From: Hydrolagus colliei
Taxonomy: Eukaryota
Reading direction: 5' to 3'
Length of the DNA: 64,000 bases
Assembly: GCA_035084275.1 (NCBI GenBank)
Contig: CM068754.1
Coordinates: forward strand, 11,470,001-11,534,000
Numbering within the stretch: the stretch's first letter is position 1; the number at the start of each line of letters is the position of its first letter. Under the pieces are notes generated by a model. That model did not search any database. It saw only the letters and a list, made by a program, of their open reading frames with translations, and was not told the DNA's origin. The translations under genes were made by a program, and so were the position numbers. Below, piece after piece: positions 50,331 through 63,155 of the stretch.

Positions 50331-53300
50331 AGGAAGCGTTTGACATGAAATACTCGCAGGGAACAGCCTCTACCCAGAAGTTTTAGAGCATAAAAGCCTG
50401 CAGCACTGGGAAATGCCAGGAACCTTTCCCACAAATATATCCACGTCTATTATTTACTCTGATGAACTCTTCCTGCTGCTTTTGTTCCCAGTCAAGATAC
50501 TTAATGCATTCCACATTTATTCCCACGTTTATTCCCAGATTAAATTATTCACATTAATTTCCACCTTTTGCCAGGCACATATTAAAGTTTCCTGCTTCAC
50601 ACAGTAAACCCTTTCTCATCGTCAATGAAGCACAAATGTCGTTCTCTTCATTTCCATTGCTTGCTCACAGATTATTAATCAAACATTGGCTCAGATTTCT
50701 TTCCCGTTCAAATTAGTGAGAACTTACTTGATCAACCCTATTCTGTAAAGCAACAAATCTAACTGTTAAGATGTTATTGGGTAGGGTTAGCAGGCACTTC
50801 TTGTTATTTCCCCTCTCTATTGCATTCTGCATTCCAGGTTCCATTACTATTAAATAAATAGGTAAATTTGCTTTAGTCTTTTTGAGTATTGAATGTTGTG
50901 TTTTGCAATGCAAACACTTCATTTTTCAAAGAAATGGCATATTGTAATGCGGTTTCAAAACATGTTGATGACCTTGTTTCGAGGTATTAATCTTACATTC
51001 CCAGCAACCGGAACACAAATGACAAGGGATAACTAAATACTAATATATAATTATAATCTTTTCAGCAGAATGGTGTAGCATTGTTACCTCACGCCATATA
51101 AAGGCAACTCAAACATGCTCAACCATGGACAACTTTGTCAGACCAATTAAAGAAATTGCATCCACATGTGGTGAGAATAATAATGGCTAAAAGCAAAGGT
51201 TATCCCTGGGCAGAGCTGCTTACGACTACAAAGCATATTGCAAGATTTCAGTTTAGTTTTTATGAGGTGTCAAACTTCATTTGAAAAATCCAGCAGTTTC
51301 CCTCTCCCTACTTCAATTTCCCATGTGGGTTTTATGTATTGAGAACAGTATGATAGATTGTCACAAACTCAGCGGGATACTGAAATCTGGTTGAATTCAG
51401 AACCAGGTCAAGGCAGATGTTGTCCAAAATGGAAAATTTTAGAGCACTCCGTTTTTTTTAAAACCATTTACAAACATTACGCTGTTAACATTAAATAAAC
51501 TCTGAAAGTAATTTACATTTTTAGACTTGTTTGTCGACAGCTTCTGTAAACTTACTGAGATTCAATCCACTAAAGTAAGACTCGTAAAACAAACCACAAA
51601 AGGGAAATTTCCTAAAGTTTGTAATCCCTGAACTACTTATCTTGGATTGTTTGGTTGCTACTAATTTCCTGGTTTGCATAAATTATGTTTCAAATTAACA
51701 CTCCATTCAAGGTAATTAGCGCTTTGCTGAAAATTCTTTGCAATTTTTAATCGTGCGTTATTAAGTGCCATACGTTGACTAAAACATCAATTGAGATAAT
51801 TATTGGGGATGGATTTCGTTTGAATATGATAGACAGCTACTATCCAGATATTGAAGGAGAGGAGCATTGGACATGTTTAATTGAATTAACATTTAAAAGA
51901 GGCTTATTTTGATTTGGGGAAATCTACATAATGGGTTTTGTACAAGACACCACCTGGTTAAAAAGACCGGGGAAAATGACAAGATAAATTGAGAAGTAGA
52001 TAGCAATGCCAAGTTTAGATTTGAAAGCTTTTAAATTGGGCTCCCTTGATGTCTCAATTGCTAAAGCAACTGCCTCATGTGAAAATGAGCAAAACAGATC
52101 AGGAAAGTTTCATTTTAAATCCCAACTCAGCTGGATTGACAGTAAAGTTCTCGAGTGCCTTCTGTTGTTCATATTAAAGCAAAAATCAATGTGTCATGGC
52201 TTTCTAAATTTTTCTACCAAATATTTGATGTACAAAGGTTACACCAAGCTTTTTGGGGCACAATAATTTTCCAGGGCAATTTTGAAGTTGCTACAATTTA
52301 AAAGTATGTTTTACAAAGTTTGGCATCTTTCTGTATTAGTAACATATTTAGCCTTTGAACGTAATCTACTCCACGCTCAGCATTTTTTAAAAATAAAAGC
52401 AATTGATAAACTAGCCAAACAGTTAGAAAGAATTACTATTTAGCAGCTCATGGAAAACTACCTGATTTATCCAATGGACAGACATGATTTATTTCAGTTT
52501 TTAATTTACATTCTGAATGAATCAATTGTAGGAGGAAACAACATATATTCCTTAGATCTTCCAGACAAAAGGAAAATCTCAATATGAATTATGACTTTTT
52601 TGACCTGTTCTTAATTCGATAGAATTGGTATAATTGTCACTAACCCTTAACCAGCATCCGACTAATTAAAATAAGCAAAATTGCACTTTGCCTAGTGGAC
52701 TATCTTGTTTGATTAATGTGTATACGGAAAAAGATACATCAGTTTTAACTTCAATTGAATTAGCTTTTACAATAACATTTATAATTGTAGTGAAAATATT
52801 TGGACAAACATTTCTGGACAAAAGTCATGAAACTTCAACAAGACGCACTTGCAGCAAATTTAGAATTCTCACCACTTTGAAGTCAGGCCAAGTTCCTTTT
52901 AATTCAGTTGCAAGGATCACTGGTGTGTGAAAACATTTCTTTCGTCATGAATGCTGAGCAGTTCAATTTTTATTCAGAGGAGATTATGGTTTGTGAGGTA
53001 GGCATCTATCAAAGCTAGCTGTCATGCTCTCTGTTTGGAGATCTTTTCACTTTCTGTCATTTTCAACCCCCTATCCACTCCCCAACACATTCACAAAACC
53101 TTCCCTTGGTTGCAAAATGTTTCTTAACACTCACGCAGACCTGAGCCAGACAAATTCCCAAGCCAATCTCAAGATTATTCATACTTCAATAGTAACGTTA
53201 GCTGAAAGTGTTTAACGTAAATCTTAAATGTCTATGTTACTCTCATGTTCAAATAGTTCCATTTTGATAGGAAACAATATTGTGGAGAATTTAAAGTATG

Positions 53301-55544
53301 TGGTTATGTAGACAACATCCAATTAAACTCTTTGCTGATTTAAATGCTCACTATACAAGTAATTTAAAGCTAAGAATTATCTTTTATTCTTTCTAAAATG
53401 CAACCGATATGCAGAACAAGATAGTCATCTGATTATTTGTGACAAAAATATAGTATTTCATTTAAATAGGAAAGCAGAACAGATGGGTAAAGAGATGCCA
53501 CAAGTGAGCAGATGATGATGGTATCTGTAATTAAAAATAATGACTGATCAAATGACTAGGAAACTCAAAAATAGTTGTACCAAGGGGCTTGCAAAAGGTC
53601 AGAACCAAGTCATTTGAACTCACTTGCCTCATTCAAACACATTTCATCAACTCTCAGCTAAATTTGTGCTTTGAGTTCCATTTGATGGAGAGATATTGGG
53701 AGAATGGGGGAACCTAGTTTGCTAGGTTGGAAGAACATGGACCGTAGAGAAGTTGATATAGGCAAAGCGCAAGGAAAGCGTCAGAAAATGGCCTCTGTTT
53801 TGCTTGTGTAATAATTCCTTTTTTGTCTATCGGGCACTCTAACATGCCACATGTCAAAGTAAACGTTAAGAAAACGATGCATGCCAAGGAAATAAAATAA
53901 CTGTATGCACTTCTGAACACTGAACATAATCTAGGACAAGCAGACAGGAATACTAATAGCCGAAATAAAATCGGGCCCTTTCATTCTCAGCATTAACTGA
54001 AGCAATTTTGCTTTTGTCAGTTAGATAAAAAGCTCGTAATAAATGGACCAAATTGAGTCGCAATTGTTAATAACTAGATTTTTTTTAACAAAAAAGAATC
54101 ACTGGATTCAATTGAATATGTATTTCATGTTACCAGGCTTTCAACGCTCTAAGTATACATCTGTTCTGTAATGTCATTTGTGGCCCTTGCCAACAGATAA
54201 CTTTCTCTTTACAATTTGTAGCTGAAATAAAAATTGTTAATCTAACATGCATCAGTAAAAATTGTCAAGTTACTGGATAAGGCAGAATCATTTTCTCTGG
54301 CAATATTCATTTATCATGTATCCAAGGTGCCTGTCTGTGTATGATAACACGAAGAAAGGAACATGAACATTTTTGTCGAATATTTTGTAAATTGTGAAGA
54401 CTTCAATAAATCAGTGGATTCAATTTTGAGAAAAATTATATAGATAGTTTCCATGGCAACTTTAATACCACGTCAAACATCGGTGACCCAAAGGTAAGGC
54501 TTAAGATTATTTGACCCTTGTACTGCACTTCAGTAGAATGTCATATTTCTTAAACTGCGACATTTCTCATCACACAGCACCGTGGCATGATTTCTTTGGA
54601 ATGAAGTAACCAAAGGCATAGCTTCTGATGAACACTTAAAATGATAATTATGTCATTTTTGGCAAACCTTATACTAGATAGTCGGTACAAGGTTAATCGT
54701 TTTTTTTCCCAAAATGTATTTGGAGACATAAGCAGCAATTTAAAATATATGGGACCGTATGTTATGGACTATAAAGTGCCATTATGGTTTGTATGGTTGA
54801 GTGTACATGTGTTCTAGTATTAAACTGCATGCAATACTGAGAGTTTTCAGTATTCTCCTCCATTATGCACTGTGTGTTTGTCTGCAGCTCTATTATGGTG
54901 TAGATAGAGAAAGATAAATCAATATTTAAAAATCAGAATAGCCATAATGGCTTAAATTGTAGCCCATCTGCAGATGTTTGATACATCTGTAATATGTGGG
55001 GGGGATAGGTAGGTTCGGCTTTAGTGGATCAGCTCACATACAAACACCATGGAAACAGTTTCCACAGAACTGCCAGCAGTTGAAGGGTTAACACAGTCAT
55101 TTCATTGATCCCTTCAAATTAGTGGAGATGGACACTAGTTAAATCAATATACAATACTGATAAAAGGACAGCTTTTGTGCATTGCCAAAGTACAGTTGCT
55201 TCATCTATATCGAAGAATGAATTTTAGAGTTGGTTTACTTGATAATCTGCATAGTTTATATCATTACTGGTACTGGAATTTTGTTTATTTTACACAGTGC
55301 CTGAATAATATACAAGATAACAGATTCACAAGAATGTAATCCAATCAATGTGTTTGATTGGATTAACATGTTTTATAAACCATGACAGTAAAGTTTAAGT
55401 GGTTTGCCATCTGAATCCTGAGATTAGGTTACACAGAAAGTATCTGTATTGTATAATAGGCCTCTGTATTAAGTGTCATCTATCTGAGGGAGGGGCGAAT
55501 GTGTCTTTCTAAGTTCCCAACCCTAGGTTGCATTGCTGTGTGTG

Positions 55545-55887
55545 ACCTACGGACCCTCCGTTCAGCAGGACTTGGCCTGCTCCAAGCCCCTCGCCCGAAC
55601 CGCCCCACCATCGGAGGCCGGGCCTTCAGTTTCTCCGCTCCCACCCTGTGGAATTCCATCCCCCAATCCCTCCGCCTTGTTTCTTCCCTTTCCTCTTTCA
55701 AGGCCGGTTTGAAGACTTTCCTCTTCGACCGTGCCTTTCGCTCCCCCCCGAACTTTTCGACCTCCCCTACGTGTTTCACCCCTTCCTGAACACTCCCCTC
55801 CCAGCTCGGGTCACACGCCTCCTGTGCAGCGCCTTGGGACGTCCTCCCGACGTGAAAGGCGCTTTATAAGTTGTTGTTGTTGTTGTT
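55545..55887 (+). mobile_element. L2-type LINE 3' fragment, young and CpG-rich
   Basis: Encodes RTLRSAGLGLLQAPR...TIGGRAFSFSAPTLWNSIP...FKAGLKTFLF, with tail GTGAAAGGCGCTTTATAA(GTT)n. Confidence 0.92.
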
Positions 55888-56056
55888 AAATCCCATCGCT
55901 CAGTTCTAGTGTGCATTGCTATCCTGGCTGCTCACCAGCTTGTCGGGATCTATCTTGACGTGATACAAAACATGTGAATTCTGCCCCTTGCCACATGCAG
56001 TTGATAGCCATGACAATTCACTCCAGGAGCATAAATTATCAATTATCCCCGAGCAT

Positions 56057-56210
56057 TAATAATAATAACAATCCTTGCATTTGATATAGCGCTTTTCATA
56101 TCTTCTAGACATCTCAAAGCACTTCACAGAATAGACTGTAAATTGAATTGACCGTATATTCTTGGGCAAAACGCGGCAGCCAATTGCGCACAGCAGTGTC
56201 CCACAAACAG
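56057..56210 (-). mobile_element. SINE 3' half (main family)
   Basis: AATCCTTGCATTTGATATAGCGCTTTTCA...GGCAGCCAATTGCGCACAGCAGTGTCCCACAAACAG. Confidence 0.88.
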
Positions 56211-56767
56211 ACACTGAGTGACTCACACACACACATACACGAGTACGAAATTATACCATTTTACCAAAAGAGGACGATTAAATCTTACTCCTCAATATCT
56301 TCTGATCTCAATTTAAAATAAATGTCAATATACTCAAGTGATGGGAACTGTCCACAAAGTATGCAATGGTAACTGAGAATTAGCAGTGCGGTGTGTGAGA
56401 AATACATATATATTATCTCCTGACCTTCCAGGAAAGATCTCTGATTACCAACCTCCTGACCCCAAATTAACTCTGTGTCCTGCTTCGGGCAATTTAAAAC
56501 CCAGCAACCAAGTATTTCTCTCTATTTCCATGTAAGTATTCCCCGAAGGAAGGGGATTTCTAACTATAGGACGTGAGAGCAAGTTGCAGGCAGACAAACA
56601 GACCCAGGAGGTGAATGCAAAACACATGCGGAGGAAGGTACAAGTGGAGGTGACCCTCACCTCGGCACCAGTTCGGTACAGAAAGAGAAGATCATTTTTT
56701 GAAATAAGAAGTTGTCTTGTTTCAATCAATACTCGCATTCCTTGAAGTCAATGTCATAGTCTGCCAC

Positions 56768-57063
56768 AAAGCCCTGTAGCTCAGTGGTTAGAGCACATGC
56801 CTCGCAAGCGAGAGACCGAGGTTCGATTCACAGCAGGTTGAAACCTCAGGCAAGTTTTCTTACTCCACATGCCTGATAATAATCCCTCAAGAAAAAATAA
56901 ACAAAAATAAATTGGTCACTTCAGTCCACGACTGAACCACTGTGAACAATTGGCTGCCGCATTTCACCCACCAGTATGCAGACAATTTACTTTACAGTGT
57001 ATTGCATGAAGCTCTTTGAGACATCTAGAAGACAAGAAAAGCGCTATATTAAATGCATTGATT
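56768..57063 (+). mobile_element. Full-length tRNA-derived SINE (main family)
   Basis: TGTAGCTCAGTGGTTAGAGC (box A), GGTTCGATTC (box B) and the shared tail. Confidence 0.9.
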
Positions 57064-57264
57064 ACTGATATTATAAAACGTTCAATATATTTGTAACAGC
57101 CATTGTGTCTTCAGTTGTTGATGATTGTGCCACATTTTACTTGGGAATCTCACGGGATTTAGCTCAACTTGTCAGGACTGCATTTTGGAGGGGAAGGTAG
57201 CAAGATATAGAAGACACGAATAAACAAACGTCATACCTGATTAGTGAATAAGCAAACGTCATAC

Positions 57265-57385
57265 CTGATTTATGTGTTTCAGTTTGTCAATTATCTGGCT
57301 GATTACTGGTTCTGATCCTTTTACTTTGACTTCAGGATTGCTGGCTTGAGCTTTTACACCAAATCCTACGACCTGGTGACTGTAT
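57265..57385 (-). CDS. GPC3: Glypican-3 (GPC3/GPC5 class) internal exon (exon 6 equivalent), not listed in the ORF track
   Basis: Acceptor TTCAATTCAG|A and donor CAG|GTATGA, 121 nt, phase 2 to 0, as I recall for human GPC3 exon 6. Encodes YSHQVVGFGVKAQASNPEVKVKGSEPVISQIIDKLKHINQ; EPVxSQIIDKLKHINQ matches GPC3. Confidence 0.93.
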
Positions 57386-60316
57386 CTGAATTGAAGGTCA
57401 ACAGAAAATGTCAATTGTTTAGTTCAATTCTCTCGTGCTGCAGCAATTATTTACACTTTAGATTGTGCCACATTGATGAATCAATGAAAGAATTGCCAGT
57501 TTTGATTTAAGCCAACACACAAGTGTTTACTTTGAATAGGAAAAGAGTCTATTTACATTCACATAGAACACCTCATTTTGATAAAAATCCCAGGATTCTT
57601 TGGGGTAAAAAGGGAAAAGAACAGCTAAAAATCTTAACACTGTGCTCGGCATAGGTCCTGCCCGCTGATGCAATATATTTTTTCCAGCTCCAAAAAAAAA
57701 GATGTTAGTGTTCAAGATATGTTTCACATCTGTCCCCATCTCTGGAGCTGAAAGATGACCAGGCAAATGGAATGGAGAGGTACAGATGGACAAAACATTG
57801 TCATACAGTGTGGAACATATGACAGAAGTTAAATACAAACAGTAAAAGGCGATGCAACGCCTAAATCATTACATTGTGCAATTGAACACAACACAGGTCA
57901 TGCAGCGATATAAAATTTATACATCATACCAACCAGACCTGGCATAAGACACTTACACCTTGATCATTAGGGTTGACCTTGTTAGTTCCTCTCATATAAA
58001 TGTTATGTTGTGTTGAGATTTTGTCATAATTCCTACATTCATTGAGTGATTGCATAATTATGAGAATCGACTATTTTTGGTCAGCAGGCTGTTTCATATG
58101 TGAAACCTATCATCGTGCTTCTGAGTATCCAAATTAGACAGAGAGTTCTATAATCACATACATATGAAATGTTTCCCACGTCTGGAATACAGTATGGACT
58201 CTCTCCCTGGACGGACGCAACCGGTTTACTTAATTCTGGAGAGTATTAGGCGCAAATTAGACAAAGCGGAGGCTTGAGAACAGCAGAAAGTGCTTCGGAT
58301 TTGCTGGAGAACGTAGAGCTTGACATTGCAAACGCTTCCCAGTGTTCCTGGTGCATGTCCAGGGAGGGCCACTGTATCCATCAGGGTTTTGGTTTGGTTG
58401 GGTTCACAGGAGCTGAATGTGAAAAATGTCTGACCCCAGTGACTGTTTTGCCCCTCCAAATCCGGGTGATTAGCCAGGCTGGCAGGTCTGTCATCAACAG
58501 TGCCCTGGAGTACTGGCTCAGGACCCGGACTACTCAGACCACCACAAAGTATCCATCATTCCTTTGCCAAAGCACATCAACGTGGAACTAGCTCAGCACC
58601 GTTGGGTCCCTGTTTAGCTCTCCACACGCAGCATAGTCACAAGCTGGCAGCCTGGATGCAATCTGTGTTATTGTAAAATAAATATCAGCCACATAACAAA
58701 AGCCAAGGACATGAATGTCTTTTTATACGGAATCTTTTGTTGTAAAACTGACATTGGATTAGAAAATTCTACCCGCGCTTCTATCACCCAGGGGATAGAA
58801 ATTATTCAGTTGGGGGGAGGGGAAACAAAAAATTGTCGGACTGGTTTTCTTTAAGTAACAAGGAGCTTCAATACAATGGTATGCTACCAATCATTGTCAT
58901 ACATCTTGTGTGCCTCTCCACCTGGATTTAAACTTCCAGTGTTACTCATAGTGTGCTTGATCCTGACTGTCAACAGAAGCAGATTGTATAGCCCGTGGTT
59001 ATTCCATAAAGGTTTCCCACATTTCACCTGCTGACATACACTTCTGATAGATTTTCCAAAGTGCGACCAGTATATGATTGATCACGGGTAAAAGAACCAG
59101 GTTAACATTTAAAATGGTCATACAGGTTACTGCTGTTGAATGTCAATGTCATCTATCAATTTCCCCCACTTCTCTCTGCATGTGCAGACTCACGTTTACA
59201 TAAGGAAGGAAGGAATGATTAGCTTCCTTATGGAATGTAACCTCTAGTTAGGAATATCAGAAATGCTCTTCTCCCACAGATGATCTGAAACGACGGAATT
59301 TCATCTCTCCCTGGACTGCCCCGATAAAAGGTCACTGTTGTGTAAATGTGCAGCAAGGGTATTATTTTGCCAAAGAATTGTATGCGGAAATCAAACGCAT
59401 TCAGTTGGTGTTTTTTTTAAACGAGTACTTGCAGTTTCTGAGCTCAATAGCTCTGCCATAGTTCTTTGCTATATTGGTACCTCCTTTGTCCTTACTCCCT
59501 CTCACCCACCCTTCCATTCAGCTGCATTCTGCCTGCCTGCTATCAGTTTGATTTGCTGCTGTGCAGCTCAAAATCGTAATTTGATAACAGGATCTTCCTT
59601 CAAAGAGTTTAATTTTATGCTTATAAGTAATTGAGGAAGCAGTTCCCAAGTACTCCATTTTCCCTCACACTTGCTCGGACAATTTCCCACAGGATAATGT
59701 GGGAAGTAAAAGGATGCAAGGAATAATTTGGAGGATTTAGGGCTTTGGGTTTATACACTTTCCTCTGGGAATTGGTTTCAAATCCAACACAGATTTTCTT
59801 CCAGCTGCAAGAGTCCCACATGAAATCACAGCTCACAACTGTCCACAGTTCAGGACAAATCATCACTAAATGGACAGTCATACTTATAGAGGCCAGACAC
59901 ATGATTAATCATAATCCTGTGATAAGAACCACAAAATATAACAGGACAGCTGTTATAAATGTGCCAAAATATTCCTATTCAAAAACTCTGTCTAGGATTA
60001 AATGGTTTAAGTGACTGTAACATTTCTGTCACACAATAATATAATACATATTTTGGTGATTGCATTGGATACAAAATAGTAGGCTGTCATATGACGCTTT
60101 TTATTGCATGACAATGGGAAACAAAGCAGGTTCTGAAATTTTGTCTACACAAATACGGGCCGAGTCCTGTTTGATTTCCACATAACAATACAGTAATCTG
60201 GTCTAGAATGAAACTCCAAATGTGGTAGGGTGTGCTACGGTGTTGGAGATTATCATCCATTGGATAAACCAGGTCTTGTCGACTGTTCAGGTGGATCCTA
60301 AGTAGCCAATGCACTA

Positions 60317-60565
60317 CTTATAATAATAATAATCCTTGCATTTCATAGAGCACTTTTTATGTCTTCTTGACGTCTCAAAGCGCTTCACATAATATACTGT
60401 AAACTGAATTGATTTAAAAAGAGAAGAGAGTTTTTCCTGGTGTACTGGCCAACAATCTGCGAGATTAAATTGGTCCATCACTCCGTGGCTGTTTAGAGAT
60501 ACTGCTTTGCACAATTTAGCTGCCACGATCACCTACAAAACACACAGTTACTACACTTCACAGTA
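60317..60565. mobile_element. Minus-strand SINE tail joined to a plus-strand Deu-SINE remnant
   Basis: AATAATCCTTGCATTT...GTCTCAAAGCGCTTCAC, then GAGTTTTTCCTGGTGTACTGGCCAAC...GGCTGTTT...AATTTAGCTGCC...CTACACTTCA. Confidence 0.65.
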
Positions 60566-62675
60566 AGTCCTCCCAATGTGAAATACTCCATTTTAATCAT
60601 ATTATTATTATGATTTGTGGTGCACATTATCTTTAAGCATTTGAACACCCATATACCAAATTTTGCAAAAAAGAATTCAAAACTGAAACTAGGTATTATA
60701 TAACAGTCCACTGTACCACAAAATGAATTATTTTACCCTTCAAAATTGCTAGATATTTTTATGTGCAAAGTTTCTATCTTCGGAGCACAAATTAAAACAC
60801 TTTGACGCTGTCAAAACTTTAAAATATCTATGTAATTCGGCTATTGTATTGTTGAGTAAAGAAAGACATCTCCTTAACTACCATCAGCAGAGTGTGTTGT
60901 ATACATCAAGAGGACGCAAAGCCCGTTTATGCACAAAGCCCATTTTTTGCACAAATTGATAGCTAGAACACCAGGGGAAACTATCTTCCCATGCCAATAT
61001 CAGCAGACTCATAGCGTGCGATTTGGGGAACATTGCCTTAATAAAAAAAGTGTGTATTTACTCATACAGGAATCATCTAATTCACTGCCACTGTATTTGT
61101 GCTATGATGCAGTGCCTTCTACTGGTTATGATCTGAACCAGCAATTTAAGAAATTGGAAACTGTCGGAAACTCAGCCTGGACTGTATATTGCACTACTCC
61201 TTCCAAAAGACATGGAAACCAACGTTCTGCAGAAATGCAAACCAAATTGATTCTTTACTGTGTACAGTTATATAGTCAGTCTTTTGTAGAACTATTCCAA
61301 TGTAAGCAGGTATATTCTAAGGAGAAAACAATTAAGAAGGATACAATTCCAGTTTTTGATAATGTTGAAAGGAATGGAGAAGTTGGATAATCAAATGATT
61401 GAATGAAGTAACATGGGAGTGAAAATATGAGAAAGCTGTGAATAAACATACCTTTTTCACACATCAGATTGATGGGATAGACTGCCACCTAGTGCAATAA
61501 GTGCTGAATCTATAGAAACAGTTGAAAGAAGCTGAAATAACTCCTGACCAACTAAAGCTGTTGAGATTGGGTAGGTGGTGAGTGGATTAACATTGAATTT
61601 GAAGCCGAATTACAGAGTGAGCTACATTGCCTTTTCCTTTTCATATGGTTATCATTTCTTGTGGTTCATTTTGTCTCATGAGTTCAGGTAAATATGTTGA
61701 ATTCTAAATGGTAAGAGGCGGTAAGGATATGATTCCCTTGTCATACAATACCCTCTGTAATTCTGCTTCTCTGGAGATAACAGAGGCAATTTTGTTGTCC
61801 TTTGATGCCATATACTTTCACTGCAATATTAGTTTTCACTAGGGTCTTTAAATGTCTGTAGGTTACTTTGAATTAATAGTTATAGAGCTCTTGACAGACG
61901 GAGAGTGACAAATTATTTATTACACATCCTAGATGAATTCCCAGCCTGTCAAGAAGACATCTGCCACTACTGTTGATAACAAGCTGAACTAGTGTTAGGC
62001 TAATCTACAGCTTCTCTTTTTGCTCGTGTTACATTAGCGACAAAAGCCTGAGTCAGTCGCATTATTGCTTCATGAAATACTTTAATCCTAAAATGATACT
62101 GGAGTCAAGTCTGGCTATTGTACTATATGAAAGCAGTCAGATGTTTCACTTTAGATCTCCATAAGGATCTGACAGGGTAATGACTGCCATTGGTTTGCCT
62201 AATTGTTTCAATAGATAAATAGAAAACTCCATAAACTGGATTCTCCTGTAAACAAAAAGGTCACTTTCCAAATGGGGAATGGGTTTTGCTGTCTTTTCAT
62301 CTTGTGTCTGCACTGGCTATATTGGCATAACATCTGTGTGTGGGAATGGGATAATTCAGATGGATTAGAACGATTCCTGCTTACTTTTGATTTCGTTTTT
62401 TTTAAAGTGGCAGAGAAATTATTAACATTTAAACAGAACAAAATGACGTCTGCTGATCAAAGCTATTGGACTGTTAGGCCTTCAGCAACATAGAACATTT
62501 GTGTCTTGTGTTTTCCAAAATATTATGCCGGAGAGAGCAGATTTGCCTTTCAAGACATGCAGCTATATTGTGCAATTGGGACCGGAACCTCAGCTTTCCT
62601 GTTCATTGATGGTTTGCACAGTTTCAGGTACAATTATGCCTGTATCCTCCAGAGCAAACAATTTATTATATGAAT

Positions 62676-63155
62676 GATAATAATCCTTGCATTTGGTACA
62701 TCGCCTTATCACGTCGCTGAGACGTCTTGAACCGCTTTATATTGTAATGTAGTTTGACTGTGCACAATTTGGCTGCCACATTTCGCACACAAATATACAG
62801 TCGGCTTTCCTGCTCTCCTTCCCCTTCCCCGGACCCCTCCCCTTGCCATTTCTCCCCCCCACCACCTTTTCTCCTAATCCCACTTCAATGACTGTTTGTG
62901 GGACACTGCTGTGCTCAATTTGGCTGCCGCATTTCGCCCACAAAAATATAGTCAATTTTCCTACTCTTCTTTGTCTTGCCCCAATCCCTCCCCCCACTGC
63001 TCTAGTCCCTACCTGACTGTACAGCGCCTTGGGATGTCCTCACGATGTGAAAGGCGCTATATAAATGTAAGTTTTGATTGATTGATTGGTTGGTTGGTTG
63101 ATTGATTGATTGATTTTGTGGACAAAACGCGGCAGGCAATTGGGCGCAGCAATTA
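62676..63155. mobile_element. Cluster of SINE/L2 fragments in both orientations with a (TTGA/TTGG)n tail
   Basis: AATTTGGCTGCC-like body segments at ~62765, ~62915 and inverted at ~63130, plus an L2-type tail GTGAAAGGCGCTATATAAATG at ~63047. Confidence 0.7.

Noticed and set aside
56768-56845. tRNA gene (Ala-like head with box A and box B)
   Set aside because: No proper acceptor stem, and it runs straight into SINE body and tail. The same holds for the heads at 12385-12458, 21378, 31385-31459 and 33741.
60929-61390. Longest ORF in the track (153 aa, plus strand)
   Set aside because: No recognisable motif, antisense within an intron, and its composition resembles random AT-rich sequence.
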